A program made the translations under genes and the position numbers. From Harriotta raleighana (lineage: Eukaryota): a stretch of 64,000 bases of DNA. Positions within the stretch are counted from its first letter, which is position 1; each line of letters starts with the position of its first letter. Where the stretch lies: NCBI GenBank assembly GCA_050575255.1, contig JBNZDD010013687.1, forward strand, positions 1,066,373 to 1,130,372, written 5' to 3'. The notes under the pieces were generated by a model. The model ran no database searches. It saw nothing but the letters and a program-made list of their open reading frames with translations, and had not been told where the DNA came from. Positions 1-13,966 of this stretch are shown here, piece by piece.

Positions 1-253
1 ATGTTGGGTAACATTCCCAATTTAGGGAAGGGCAGCCAAAATATAATGGCAGGTTATGTTTGAGAAGGATTAGATCGTGGTTTACGATAATGTGCATAAA
101 AAAATCTCTGGAAGAGGGCTCAATTTTGTCCATTGGTTTGGTGGGTGTGTTGCGCTTACACGATCCAAATTATTGCTATTATCATTTGTTCTTTTCAAAT
201 GTTCTGGGTTTGACTTAATGGATAACCAATGGGCATTTCTGAAATAATTTCAG

Positions 254-335
254 GTTGAGAGAGGCGCAACTCTCTGTAAAGAAGATAACAGCAGAGAAGA
301 AGGTTGAAACCAAGAAAATAAATCCTAATAGTCTG
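254..335 (+). CDS. FMN1: Formin-1, penultimate coding exon
   Basis: tttcag|G...CTG|gtaag. Translates (R)[27 protein letters not shown], matching the mammalian FMN1 C-terminus ([29 protein letters not shown]). Tail-to-tail with GREM1, as in tetrapods. Confidence 0.93.
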
Positions 336-587
336 GTAAGATATTTATATATTCTTGTATTTGTCTATGAAGGTCAGCAGTGGTGAAGAAACGATATCAA
401 ACACGAAATTTAACAGCTTGCCATCAACTGGTATTGAAAAATAAAGTACTATTGAACTTCCACAGAGGAGTTTTTCACATACCAAGAAAATATTAAGGCA
501 ACAGATGTGCTCATTCACCAAATAATTTTTATTTGGTGCACTGGCATTACAAATAATGTGATCGTCTGATTCTGCTGAATAATATCA

Positions 588-830
588 AAACAACAACAAC
601 AAAATTGCATTTGTATAATGTCTTTCACATCAGAAGGCCATCCCAAGGTCGTGGACAGGTTACTGCTTCAGACCAAGCTAAGGACGGGAGGGGGGTGGAG
701 GGGCGGGAGGCGGGGGTTGGAAAGACAAGACAAGTAAGGAGAAGAACAGATATCGTAAAAAAGGAAGGAGCAATTTGCAGGGTGAGGAGTGAAAACAAGC
801 AAATTAATGGATAGTGAATTTAAAGAGTCA
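588..830 (-). mobile_element. L2-like LINE 3' fragment in the FMN1 last intron
   Basis: Reverse complement of the recurrent tail ccttgggacgtc...gtgaaaggcgctatacaaatgtaattttgttgttg seen many times in this window. Confidence 0.55.
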
Positions 831-907
831 GAATGGACCAAATAGCCTTCTTCTGTGGTGAAAATTTCTATGGATCTATTGTCAATGACACTGAGCTTTT
901 CTAACAG

Positions 908-952
908 AAAGATAGAATGCGCCAGAGGGTGGCCAACACGACCACCAGCTGA
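908..952 (+). CDS. FMN1: Formin-1, last coding exon with stop
   Basis: ttttctaacag|AAA GAT AGA ATG CGC CAG AGG GTG GCC AAC ACG ACC ACC AGC TGA = KDRMRQRVANTTTS*, similar to mammalian KERLRQKEASVTTN*. Phase 0 matches the previous exon. Confidence 0.9.
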   Translation, partial: KDRMRQRVANTTTS

Positions 953-3900
953 ACGGGACACGAGACACACTACATGACTTAACTCTTTGGATGCTGCCAA
1001 TGTTTGAAGAAGAGCTGGCATTAAAAAGCTTGAGTATCTTTGCATTTCTCGTTTGTAAAAAATCAACAACTCCGTGAGGAGATTTCCATTACCGTGATGA
1101 CTTGATGTTTCTTCCATTCCAAACCTTCTTGTTTCCAGTTGGCAGTGAAAGTGTTCATTATTTCTTCACACAACATTGGGAGTGGATGTGAGTCCAATTA
1201 GTTTATGCTATGTGAAATTGCTACTGGCAACATGAATATATTATCCCTTGGAGCTTATAGCCGCTGGCAATATTTGGCGCTACAGGTCAACGAATAAGAT
1301 TAGACACAAGAGCTAAAACATTCCTCATGTTGCTAAGTGAAATGACCCTGTGTTCGGCCTTTATGAACACACTTCGCTGTATTGAGCTGCATGAGGAATC
1401 TTTTGCCAAACGAATTCTGGAAATGCAAAAAAAAAACGAAAGCTAAAATACTATGAGGAGCATATTCCAGCTGTCACAACTGCTGTCCATTTGGCTGGTC
1501 CTATTTCTAAAATGATTGCTCTCTATCTCTCACACTTCCTATTCTTCGCCACCACCAGCATATTTTACATGAACTCCGTCTTCAAACTGACAATGTTATC
1601 TACCTCCACTGCCTCCCTGGTGAAATTTGTTCCACATATTCATCACCCGCTGTGTAAACGAGTTACGTCTTAATTGCCGTCTAGCTGTGGATTTCTTGAC
1701 TCTATCGAACGTGTCAATAGAATTCAGCTTCTTTATGCACTTTAGAATTAGAACATTTTAGTGAGACAATCCAATCATGTTTTCTGATGTAAACATGACT
1801 AATTTTCTCAGTCTCTTTTCCTACCTTGGGTGCCTAGTCCTCTTTTGCAATTGAGTTGCCCATCATTGTATCCTCTCAAATGCCCAGTTTAGACAACAGA
1901 ATATTACACCTTGGTCAAGACAAATACTTTTCTCTATCCCTTTACTTATAAAGCCTAAAGATAATCATACATTTTCATTGTGTACATGATATAGCTGTGT
2001 CTTGAGCAGTTTATACCTTATTCTCCTTTCAACAGCAATCACTGTGAAACATACAGAAATGGCTTCACTTTAACTTCCAAAATCACAAATTTTTCATGTA
2101 GCTGATAAAAATACCTATGGCTGTTAAAATCCTCACCTTTTTTAAAAAAAATATTCCTCATGGCTTCCTAATTATGTTCTCAGAGGAATTAAAGCTACAT
2201 GATGCCAGGTTTTCCTAAAATCAGTATTAAAGTTGATGAAGTGATGAGTTAACATTGACCCCATTTAATTCAAATATTAATGGTAAACATGTTCTGTTTG
2301 AAAATGTTGCACAATATAATCTTGAATGAGTTAGGTCCTCATATCACTGAGTGGAGTGAGATTCTTACTTTTTATTGAAAGGAATGGAATGTCCCTGGCA
2401 ATGTTTTATAGCTAACAACCTGATAAATACTCTGTATCACCCTCCCACCATTGAGCGCCTTGGGACGTCCTCTTGATGGGAAAGGCACTATGCAAATATA
2501 ATTTTGTTGTTGTTGTTTAAAGCTCTCCTTATGTCCTATCTCTTCAATTGCACTTTTGGTCAGTTTCCCCGCCCTGCTCTTCCCNTTGTTTAAAGCTCTC
2601 CTTATGTCCTATCTCTTCAATTGCACTTTTGGTCAGCCCCCCCACCCATCCCCACTCAGCTCTCTTCACCCCCAGTTTGGGTGTCAGTCAATCAGCATGA
2701 AGCACTTTGAGATATCCTCACAACATGAAAGGCACTATTTAATGTAAAGGGTTGTTAAATATTATTTACCAAGTACAGTGTGGCTGCATCAAAACTAGAA
2801 AGAACAAGAAAGTAACCACATAGCCAATCCAGCATGTTTTACCTTTACCTAAGCACAATTATTTGTGCTTATTTTGAGAAACACATCAACAAAATCATTA
2901 GGAAGGAATGTAGCTTTAATCTTTTGAAAACAAAGTTCCTACCTCGTTGGGATTTCCAATCCCGAGGTTCAAATTGATGATCAGATAATCCAATATGATG
3001 TAATATAGTTTATTTAAATATGCCAAAGCATTTAACATATAACGGAATCAAAACGTTATAACCCAGACTCTTGAATCTGGACGGATGCCATGGTGTACAA
3101 CTCAAGTTTCTAGCTTTCTTGCTGCCTGCTCAAGCTCCTAGCTTTCTTGTCTTCTCCTACATGGCTACTGCCCCCAACAGTTTCTAACTTTTGGTTTTAT
3201 ACCTTTTTCAAAAAATTGTTTTCCATGGGTTCATGGAATTTCCATGGTTACCATGGATGCGTACCCTTGTTTCATTCCTACTCATTCCTACTCATACTAT
3301 CTATGCCCCTCATATCATCGATCAGGTGGTTCTTGCATGCAGCATAAATATTTAATTTACGCATATCTAACCTGATAATCAATTAATTTAACCCACTAAC
3401 TACCCGATGTGTTTCATGATCGTTAATGTCACATCCCAACAACCTTTAGCCCATCACTGTAAAAACTGATGAATGCAACACTTTGAAAACCACCTACAAA
3501 AATATACTGTATGTTCATTCCACTTTACCATAAATCCCATGATACAGTTTGCAACATCCTACCAACGTGAAAAGCGCTTTACCAATATTAAAGAAGGATT
3601 ATTTATAAATCGGTATCTTTATCTCCAGAATTATAGTCAAAAGATATTGGTGTCTAAATTATAGAATTGGCATGCTATGAAAATGTGGCTGAAATGCAAA
3701 TAGCAATACCAGGAAGTTGCAAATAGAAATATGAAGAGAGCTATGTGTTTCTTAACACAATTGCAAAAAATATGCAAATGATTGTACATAAAATGTGAAC
3801 TATTTTACTCAACAAAAACCACTGTCTAAACATATATGATTGTTGTATTTTTGTATAGAATGTGTATTATGCAGATTATTTGATAGCTTTATTCATTTAA

Positions 3901-6900
3901 AAGCAAAAAAAGTAATGCATATCTTTTACTGTACCCTTAGAGTTAACACTAGATTTTATAGACCAGATATTTTTATCCTAGCTGTTCAAAAATGCAAATG
4001 AAATATTTTAATTTAGCAGCATAAAATGTGTAGAGTTAAAAGTATAGAAATTTACTATATACAGTACTATATTTACTAAATCACCTTTGTTAATCAAGCC
4101 TAAAAGTCCTTCAATTATTTATGTATTGAGATTTGAGTCAAGTGAACAATTTTCCTTTAATCTGTTTTAATAGTTTTTGAAATGTGATAATTGTGTTAAT
4201 AAGATGAACTTTTTTTTGTTTCTGTAATGCTTCAATTCAAAATATGTAAATTGTAGTAAGAATACCTAAGTTGCAGTGAGAACAAAGAAGTCTTCATAGC
4301 TTCTTTCTTCATTATTAAAATGGTAACAAATAATTAAGTGCTTGCCGTTCTCGAGTAATCGTACAGAAAAGGTATGTCTGTCATTCTTAATATGTCTGTC
4401 CCAAATGCAAGCTGTAAAACAGCTTTGATATAATTACTGAAAAAAGTGGAATCAAATTCTGCTCTTCATCACATTAATTATATACTTCTGTGGACCTTTT
4501 TTTCACTCAAGTTGGAGAATTGATATTGATTTGCCAAGCATAGACGATCTAGTGCGGTCTCACCGATGTTATTTTACTGCGTTCATGGGCAAATGTGCTA
4601 GGTTATATGTTGCTACTGTTACTCTTGTTTTGGGCCGTGCTTAAACCCCTATTCACTTTGTTCGAAAAGTCTGGCATGATATTCCTGGAACTGCCCCGAG
4701 AGTGTTCAATTGGAAATGGTTCTGAGCTTAGCAAAGTTGAATGATGATTCTGATTCATAATTTGTTTCTTGCATTCATTGTACATTATAATATTTAAGGG
4801 AAGGAATCGTCTCAGTCAACCTGATTCTTTCAGATTGATGACTTGTAAGTTTACTGTGTTGGACAGGAATTTAAGTTTTCAATTTAGGGCAGAGTCTATT
4901 TGCTTAAAATGTATCAGTTGGCATGGCTAGAATAGCTTTAAGGTTAAGATTAAAGCAGCACTTGTTCAGAGAATACCATGAGACCAGTCAATGTCTTCAG
5001 CGCCTTGCGACATCCTTCAGAGACGAAAAGCATTCTATAAATGTAGATTTGTTTAGTTGCCTGTCTGTCTTGCCCAAATGTTCAGAAACCCATGGACCAA
5101 GTTATATGATTTTTCCCATAATAAAGCTCCAGCAAAATGCCCCAAAGTTGGTATGCAAATTAACATCTGGCCTTATGTTAAAATTTTCTGAATTAATGTT
5201 AATCACTGTGTTTTATAGTGAGATTAATACTTTACCTATAACAACATAGGAAAGTTTAGAGCAGCAAATTATCAATTGGCCCTTCAAATCCTCTTCTTCC
5301 AAAAACCATGACGTCCCTACTACTGTGCTTTCCTCCACCTATTCTTTCTCCTGTGTGAAAATTTTTAGTTATTCCCTTACTCTATCCCCCCAAAGACTAA
5401 TTGATAAAACAAACAAAAAACCTTCTGAATCTTAATCTAGGTTGATTTCTTTTTTTATTTTAGGTCCATCTGAAATTGTGTTATACAAAGCTAATCAAAT
5501 AGTAAGTTGAATCTTACAGGTATTCAACTGTAACTCGATCAAAGGTTTTCTAACTTTGTCTACAACTCTGGTAAGGACACATTTGGAAAATTGCATGCCA
5601 TTTCGGGCAGAGAACTTTGGGGCATTAGTGGAAGTTCATAATTAAGATCTATATTGCTATCTAAACACTATTTTTTTCTGCATCCTATAATATTATTTTG
5701 CATCCTATAATATTATTTTGCATCCTATACATGTATCCTATTTCCCCTAAAATCTAATGTGCAGAACTTGTCAGTTATGATGAAACACAGTCTTGCACTT
5801 TCTGAAAAATGTGTCTGGCTTATATAGTGATGACTTTATTGGCATCTCAAATTTCTAGGATAATCTAGTAAAATCTGTGAGCTAGTTAGTAAATACTGTA
5901 ATGATGTGATTAGTCTTTGTGAGTCTTTCAACATAATCTTTCATAAAAGGGACACATTCAACTATAGTGGAACCCTTCTTTACAATGTTATATGGATTTT
6001 TCTGATAAAATTCCCTTGTTGATTGGATCAACTTTCCAATCTTATTCGAATTGTGTTTATTTTGTGTTAAATGGTTAGTAGTGGATGATATTCAATAGTA
6101 TTTTCTTAGTCTGACCTGATTGCTCCGTATTGCTATGAAATATTTGGAGTTTAACATGTACAAAATCTATCATTCAATTACTAAAAAATACAGGTAATAG
6201 GCTTTCTTGATTCAAACACAGTTATACGATTGTTTTGAAGTACTCACAGTGAATGATGGGTCTGAGCCCCTAAGTCATAAATTAAGTAAATTTTATGATG
6301 GAAAGAAACCACAGGAGTGAGCAATGTATTAAAATCACAGCAAGGAGCAAATTCCTAGTGAGAATAAAAAGAAGCACAGCACTTAGAAAGGTAGTTTTTA
6401 TTTGTGTATTAAGAGTTAACATGGCGTATAAAACACTTGGAATGAAATCTGATTCCGTTCAGTTACAAAAACTTTATGACTTCTTGGTTCTACTTGCCAT
6501 AACCAAATGAGGTTGTGAAGTTAAACAAAAGTCTGCAGATCATGCTATAGTAAAATGTAGTACAGTAATTACAATATGCACAAGTGAGCATAAATACTTA
6601 CAGTGGTCATTATTTAATGTTATCGAGCCAACTAATTAAATGTTTTTAATAATTACAGGCTGTTCAATCTGCATTCTGGTTTATACCATATAGTGGTGTG
6701 ATCAGTCTGTGGTCCTTGTTGATTTCCCGTTCAATATATGATTCTATTCTGGAGTTTAAGAATTACAGAGCAATACAATCAGATAATAAAGCAATGACGT
6801 TTCATACTGACCCTAACATTCTATTCTTTCCTGATACACTGAGAAGAAATTTGTTGTCTGACTACTGTTTTCTTTTAATAAACAAAAACCTAAAAATTTA

Positions 6901-8557
6901 CAATGCAAAATTAGACATGTTGTCAACCTCGTCAAACCCAGACTCATCTTTGTTTAATGCCAAAAGAACCATTAATTTGAACCTAGCTTCACCTTGGAAC
7001 GCAGAGATCACAGACTGCAAATTTGTTCGGCATAAACAAATTTAATCTGATTTATGTTTTTTTTCACTCTCTTTCTCTCCGGTAAGAATAGCTTCTAATT
7101 TACAACAATGACTGTTCTGGTCTGAACAAATTCTACTCTACAATGAGATCCATTCTGCTATTGACAAAAAAAAAAATCCCAGGTGCACTTCATCAGTCTT
7201 TTTTGTGAGACTACCTATGTCTCCTTTTTCTTTTCATTCCCCTTTCCTTTAATTTGTCCAGGTCATGCAACGACTGCAGTCAATAGGGCGAGTGAGTGGC
7301 TTAATCCCAGGCCTCAACTGGGGGATGTGACTCACTGGGAGGTCAGTGAGAACAGCCCAGGAAGGGTTGGCTCTCATTTGCCTTCTGGGGAAGCTCCAGG
7401 CATTTACTTGCCTCTTTGCCTTGATATTAAGGAATATCACAGTTGAGAGACCCCAGATCGCAGCACATTGTGATGCCTTTCGCTGTGTCCCCTGTTCATC
7501 CCACAAATCTATTACAGTAGTAAGTAAAAAAGGGATGCAATTTAAATCTTTACAGCAGAAAACAATAAGTATTATACTCCTACAAGCTGCATTAAATTAA
7601 AAGCAAAAAAAATTAACTTTTTTTCTTTGACAATTACAAAGCTACTGTTTATTATTGGTTCTTATTGGCTCCCATGTAGGCCGACACGTTTCAATCATCT
7701 AACAAAATATCCTGTAATAAAAACATGCCAAAAGGAGAATACAGGATTCTAATAATAACTGATTATTGAAAGAAATGATACTGTGGTTCTGAAAGCAGAC
7801 CACATTTTGTCTGACTTACTAAACCTACATGTTGAATAATAATGTTTGTGTTTTACATTCTGTTATAGGTAAATGATTTGTGAATTATTATGCTTTATTT
7901 TTAACCATTGAGTCGAGGGATATTGTGTGCCTGTGGCGATTATAGAGACTGCTTTACACTAATGCTGCCACCTCCAGGTAAAAGCAGTGGGAACGCAAGT
8001 GTGTCATTCAGTTAAGGAAAAGGTGTTCATTCCTGCCCTCTCAAGTTCCCATTGTAAATTAACAGGAGCACACATGAAGATGTGCTGCAAAAGTTCTTAC
8101 ATAAATAGCACTGGTTTTTCAACAGTTCAACTATCTTCCACACTCAAGCTGGTGCAGTTGTACATTTCTCTGGGTGACTTGAATTAACCTTCTGTAAACT
8201 TTTATCAGTGCCAGAAATAACATCCCTTTCGGTCAACCTTGCAACATTATGGGCATAATTATGCTGAATACAATCTCTCCCCAAAAAAACAGAAATCACA
8301 TTATTAAATTCCCATAACATTCTGAACAAAAAGCTTTGAAATAATTATTTAAATATTCATATCCTTCTTTCTTGACTATTCACATTCCACACGGTGGAAA
8401 TTATCTACTTGAGGTTCCGATTTTGATCCAAGTCCTTGAAAAATACAGGTGATTGAAGATCAAACCACTTGTAACTGTGCGAGTCCCTGTCATTTTGCTT
8501 GCGGTATAGTAATGATGAATTGCTGAGTTATGTTAGTGGGACAGTGCGTTTGTAGTT

Positions 8558-9076
8558 CTAATTGAGGTCTATGGAAATGCAACGACAGTGTTTAACTCTC
8601 TGGATTCTTTTCTTTTTAATGGGTGGCTGCAAGTCGGGACAATTAAGAGTGACAGTCATGGTGGTGAATCTCTTAGGCTTACAGAAGGAGCAGGACTGAA
8701 AGGAGCCTTCTTCCTTGCGGACATGCCTCGGGATATAGAAAGAGTTGCACTGGCCGTAGCAAAACCTATTGATGATCGTGCGACTGTTGCAGCCCTCTTC
8801 GTGAATTGTTTGCTTGAGGGGCTGAGTTTTGCACCAGTCGCGTTTCAGGTACTTCCTCTCGGTAACGTGCAGCGCCTCGTGGCTCGATTCCAAGACCTCG
8901 TCCACATTACTCCGGTTGCCAGCCTGCTCTGAGGTGTTGGGCTGCCCCTTGTCTGGAGAGGGGATCGCTCCCTGGGAGCCACGGTTGTTCTTTCTCTTCC
9001 CAGCTCTCTCGGTTGCACCTAGTAAGAATCCCCACAGGAACAAGAAGACACACAACGTACACAGGGTTCGGGTCAT
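8558..9076 (-). CDS. GREM1: Gremlin-1 (DAN-family BMP antagonist), single coding exon, 172 aa
   Basis: Acceptor tttcctcag|G ATG at 9077. Signal peptide MTRTLCTLCVFLFLWGFLLGA, then GSQGAIP, and a cystine-knot DAN domain (EALHVTERKYLKRDWCKTQPLKQTIHEEGCNSRTIINRFCYGQCNSFYIPRH...CRCISIDLN) nearly identical to GREM1. Synteny with FMN1. Confidence 0.98.
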   Translation of the reverse strand: MTRTLCTLCVFLFLWGFLLGATERAGKRKNNRGSQGAIPSPDKGQPNTSEQAGNRSNVDEVLESSHEALHVTERKYLKRDWCKTQPLKQTIHEEGCNSRTIINRFCYGQCNSFYIPRHVRKEEGSFQSCSFCKPKRFTTMTVTLNCPDLQPPIKKKRIQRVKHCRCISIDLN

Positions 9077-11026
9077 CCTGAGGAAAGAGAGCAAAGCTAA
9101 TTTAATGGTGGGTTAACTACAAATATTTATTGATCACATTAAGTGTAGCTAATACATGTGGCGGGTGGGGGGGTAGGTTTGCATTGTCCCAAATAAGTCG
9201 TCTGATGATGTGGCAGATGGTGATCATCCACCAAAGTTACTGGATAAGTCTCCACCAGTATTTTTTGATCTGTTATCAACAGTGCCTGAGTCCTTCAAAC
9301 CCTTCTGGCTCAGAACTGGAATACCAAGACAGAGTTTCAACTCGATTGTGACATTCCATTGTCGAGTATGTTAGCTTGAAGCCTAAGCAACTCCAAGGAG
9401 ACCTCGCTTACCTCATTCCCTTCCCCCTACCCTCCTCTTCACCCCCCCCCCACCACCCCCACCAGTAGGGTAGTCTATCAGCACAGACACAATGGACTAA
9501 GCAGCTTCCTCCTTCCCTATAATCATTGTATAACAGCACTCTCCCACCATCCTTCTCCAAGCAAGCTCATGAACAAATGACTAAAGGGTAATAAAGTATA
9601 GTAACTTAGAAAGCACAGATATTTAAACATGACTTCCTCATGAATACTGGCCATTAAGGAGCTAGATCTTCACTGGTCAGAAAATTTACAGACCTTGACC
9701 ATGTGCGTTTATAATCGAGAAATCCCATTACTCCTAAATGGTAGTTCAGTGACTTATGGTGATAACAACGATGACTTGGGTCACAGATCCCACACAGTTC
9801 TGCTGTAGATCATGTGGATTGCTACTATTTTGTATAGAACTGAATTGAACTAGTTTGACACTGTTTCGCACTTTGATAGCTCTAGCAAAATGGAGCTGTG
9901 CATCTGTACCAAGAATTGTGCACATTTAGAACTTAACTGTAGGACTGAGGCAAAAATCGAATGAATCATACAAAATCTCTCAAACAGTTAGTGGAGTACA
10001 AATTTTTATATCGAAAAAGGGAGGCGATACAACTTTCTCACAACTAAATCTCCTGCGTTCAGATGTTTTTTTCTAAAAATAGACCAAATTCACACCCACT
10101 GCAATATTGTCACACACCCTTTCCTCATCTCATTAGATGCATTTAATGCCAAAGTTTCCCAAGAACAGGCTTGTGCTAAAACAAAATTTTCTCTCAGGGT
10201 GACGAGTTGTGCACTGATTGAATCAGATGAGCCACAAATAGATTTCTTGCATCACAAGATCTCCCGATAGTAAGTTTATTTAATCATGGATGAGTTAGGT
10301 CAAGGTTTGTGTTAGGGATGCAAGCATTAAGCCAATTTTTAATTCTTGGTTCACACATAATTAGATTCAGCATAACCTAACTATTCTTAACTGTAAATCT
10401 CTTTTCGAAGTTGGTTCGGATAATCAAACCGAATTCTACCACTAGAAGGTGCGAAGAATGCTTTTCAAAAGTGCTGTTCATTGCTCAGTCATCAATTTCA
10501 TTTTTATTGTTTCTTTCACCAGTATAAATGAGGAAATTGTATGCAGTTAGTTTTGCACTTGGAAGAAGTGGAGGTCTGTGAACACGCATCAACAAGAATA
10601 AAATTACATTTGTAGAGCACTTTCAGGATGTCCCAAGGCACTGATGTTTGCCTGCTGTAGACATGCAAACAGGGTTAATGGCATGTGCAGAGATCTACTT
10701 AGGAGCATCCTATCGCCAATGACATTTACCCCTTTTTGATCTCCATTCCTGTCTCCTGAATTATACACTATCTTTCTATCTACCTACACTATCAAAATTT
10801 TGACTACAGTATTTTGAAAAAAATTCAGTTATTTTTAGAATTTGCTTAGTTTCCTTCATGATTTAAACCATTTATTATTGTATCCTGTTTATAGTTTTTA
10901 ATCAAATAATCTGACTATTAAACATCTTTGGGAAACATCATTGGGAAGCTCTTTTCTATTTGATAAAGTTACTAGCTTTGGTGGCACACTTTGCTTGTTG
11001 ATATATTTACAAACTACTGTATTACT

Positions 11027-11339
11027 GGAGCTGTAGCTTAGTGGTTAGAGCACTCGCCTTACAAGCATGAGACCTGTGTTCGAATCCAGGCAGATCAGGG
11101 CGAAACCTTACTCCACATGCCTAATAATAATCCCTCCAAAAAAACGCAATAATAAAATTGATCATTTCAATCCATGACTGTTTGTGGGACACTGCTGTGC
11201 GCAATTGGCTGCCGCATTCCGCCCACAAATATACAGTCAATTCACATTACAGTATATTCTGTGAAGCGCTTTGGGACGTCGATAAGATGTGAAAATCACT
11301 TTCATATATCAAATGCAAGGATTATTATTATTATTATTA
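11027..11339 (+). mobile_element. tRNA-headed Deu-domain SINE, near full length
   Basis: A-box tagcttagtggttagagc, B-box gttcgaatcc, Deu-like core gtttgtgggacactgctgtgcgcaattggctgccgc, L2-like tail gtgaagcgctttgggacgtc...aaatgcaagg and (tta)n end. Confidence 0.85.
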
Positions 11340-13856
11340 CTGTGATCATTTAGAAAGGAGTTTTCCCATTAGAGTTGCAGTACACAAAGTAAACTTACCA
11401 ACAAGCAGATAACTTTCTCTATGACTTAGCAGAGGAGCTTTGTAAGAAAATTATTCCCATTGGAAACAATGGGAAAGACTGCATATACAAAGCATGTATG
11501 GCCTGGAGCATTGTATGGATTTATTGCCCCCGTGTGCTTCCAATGATTTCTATAGGAGACATATTCCAGATGCATTACGAGGAAATTTATTACTGGATGC
11601 TCTTGCACTGCTTATTGTTTTCAATTACACATCATGTCAACTGAGGTTATACAATAAATCTCAGAATTATATCAAAAGCCTAAATAACACCTTCCTGCAC
11701 CTTCACCTCACTCCACCATGATGTCCCACAATATCTTTTCTGACTGATTCCTTTAAATTTTAAGACCATTTCTGGCTCTTTGCTTTATTCGTTGCTTGAA
11801 AGCTGAAAATTACATTTCACGGCGAAGATCACTATTGTAGCCACGGGCCAAATATTTCTTAGTTTACTTAAAATAACATTTGTTTTTCTGCTCTCAGATT
11901 GATGTTACATATTCAGTATAATCAAAAGCTGCTTTATTTGAAATTAGTTGGTTGAATAAAATGCTGGCAGAAACATATGTAATATTCAGATTTTTAAAAA
12001 CTATTTATGATGAGTGGCTGCAATATTTTATCACCCACCCAGTTAATGGCTGAATAATTTATTCAGTATCATTTTAATATAGTTACATGGTGATTAATTT
12101 TTTTTTAAAAGGCCCTTTCTAATTTCAACCATGCCATCTTAAGAAGACTAATTGACTGTGACAATCACGAAAGCTTTTGCTGTTACAGAATAGTTAAAAT
12201 TCTCAGGATGCATTTCTTAGCTAAGCTTGCAATGGGTACAAGTTACCCCATGGATATCAAATATTAACCACAATTTTAGGTTAGCCCAAATAAGCATGGA
12301 AATGTCTTAAAACATTGTGAAATTGTGAGAATCAGAATATTGTGGGGGTTTTGTTTGCATTTCACATCAATCTATGTTTCATTTATTTTCTTTGACACTG
12401 TGGAGAATCATGTTGCCTCACTGTCAATAGAAGGACATCACGATTCTAGAGATCTGCCAGCAGTCTCTGCCTTCTAATATCTTCTTGATTTGCTTCATAA
12501 TAAAAGTAAGATTGGAAAACTGCTTCATGTGGAATCTGGTGGAAAGATAATTTATACTTCTCCTTTCACAGTCCATCGATTCTTCAGTGTGCTGCTGAGG
12601 AATTATCTTCTTGAAGAAGTAACCACTTACTGCCAATGGACAAGTGTTTAAGATGCTTTATTATGGTCATTTGTGGATACATGTTGCTCAAAATAGGGAT
12701 CATAGTACCAGTAGTTCAAAGTAACCGTTAGAGTTGTTAATTTACTGGCAGTCCAGTAAGACATTTTAATGTTAAGATGCGTGACTCCCATTGAGAACAG
12801 CCATATACTATACTTGGCCAACATAGAACTGAGCACATATGGATTTATTTAATTACATTCTCAGTCCACAAAAAGCAGAAATTTGGATTCTGTATTTCTG
12901 TTGTAATTTTTTCCTGTGTTTCCTGGTTTTGTTCCTGTACATTTCCTTGCACATGTACATACACACACATACACAAAATAATAATAATAATAATTTGATT
13001 TGCTTCACTTTGATTTGTTCTCTTCCTCTCAGCAATTTTATGTAGTTGTGTTTCTTTCGATCTCTTGAAATGTCTTTTTCCTCCGTCTTTGTTACTCTTT
13101 CTATCCTATTGCTGTTTTGTTACTCTTTTTATTGTCTTTCTCTCACTTGCTCTGTGCCTTCAAAATCTACCTGCGTATAGTGTTAGCTGCTGAGAACCTC
13201 TGATTTTTTTTGGGGGGTGGTTGTGGGGGGCGTGGAGGAGTTTGTATTTCAAAGGTAGACAGCAAGCAAATGTTTAAAAATAGGTTTTGTGATATTTCTA
13301 CTCATATATATGGTGGCAATATAGAGCAGTAGGAGATACATTCATATCTGCAATCCTCAACAAGGTGGCTTTCAAATATTAACCAAATAAAACCAATAGT
13401 GAGTGGAGGTCAGTTATTTTTCCTCAACGAGAGAGAAACTGAAATGAATCACCCTGAACTGCTCTTGCACATCTCCTAGTGGCCATTTGAAGAGCAGAGA
13501 TAGGCAGAGACCTGGGAGCAGCTTCTCTGCTTACCTTGTTAGCCAGCACTTGATTGAAATACTCTAAATGTGAATGATGAACACATGTAAAAATATATGA
13601 GGCAAAAAAAACTTACAAAATAGAAAGGACAACATATTTTAACGTAGGAAGCAAAACCATTCTTCTTTTATTGTCCCCTCAGTCCAATTGCGTAATTGAA
13701 TCAGTTAATTGAGTGTCTTGAAAGAGCCACACTCTCTGCTTTCGTGGATTTATATTTCAAAACAGTCTACAGATAAAATGAAAAAATCCTGGCTACTCAC
13801 ATTGGTTGAACTTTAGAGCAGAGGGTTAGATCCACTGAATCTGTCACTCTTTCAAG

Positions 13857-13966
13857 GCGCCCACAAATATACAGTCAATTCACTTTACAGTATAATCTGT
13901 AAAGCGCTTTGGGACATCGATAAGATGTGAAAAACGCTATATCAACTGCAAGGATTATTATTATTA
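13857..13966 (+). mobile_element. SINE 3' fragment, same family
   Basis: gcccacaaatatacagtcaattcactttacag...gcgctttgggacatcgataagatgtgaaaaacgctatatcaactgcaaggattattatt. Confidence 0.75.

Noticed and set aside
4-27. LGNIPNLG peptide resembling SCG5 GNIPNIVAEL
   Set aside because: Only five residues match, it lies in an FMN1 intron on the wrong strand, and the downstream sequence does not continue the match.
668-1117. 149-aa minus-strand ORF
   Set aside because: It is antisense to the FMN1 last exon and UTR, overlaps an L2 fragment, and has no recognisable domain.
2513-2637. Tandem duplication of about 50 bp
   Set aside because: The junction coincides with a single n (2585), so this is probably a contig-overlap artefact.
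9077-9094. N-terminal extension MLSFLR of the GREM1 ORF, and 38395-38440 of the 567-aa ORF
   Set aside because: These are intronic polypyrimidine tracts upstream of the splice acceptors, not coding sequence.
11027-11100. tRNA genes at the SINE heads (also 21990, 54915, 62851)
   Set aside because: A and B boxes are present but run directly into SINE bodies, with no intact acceptor stem.
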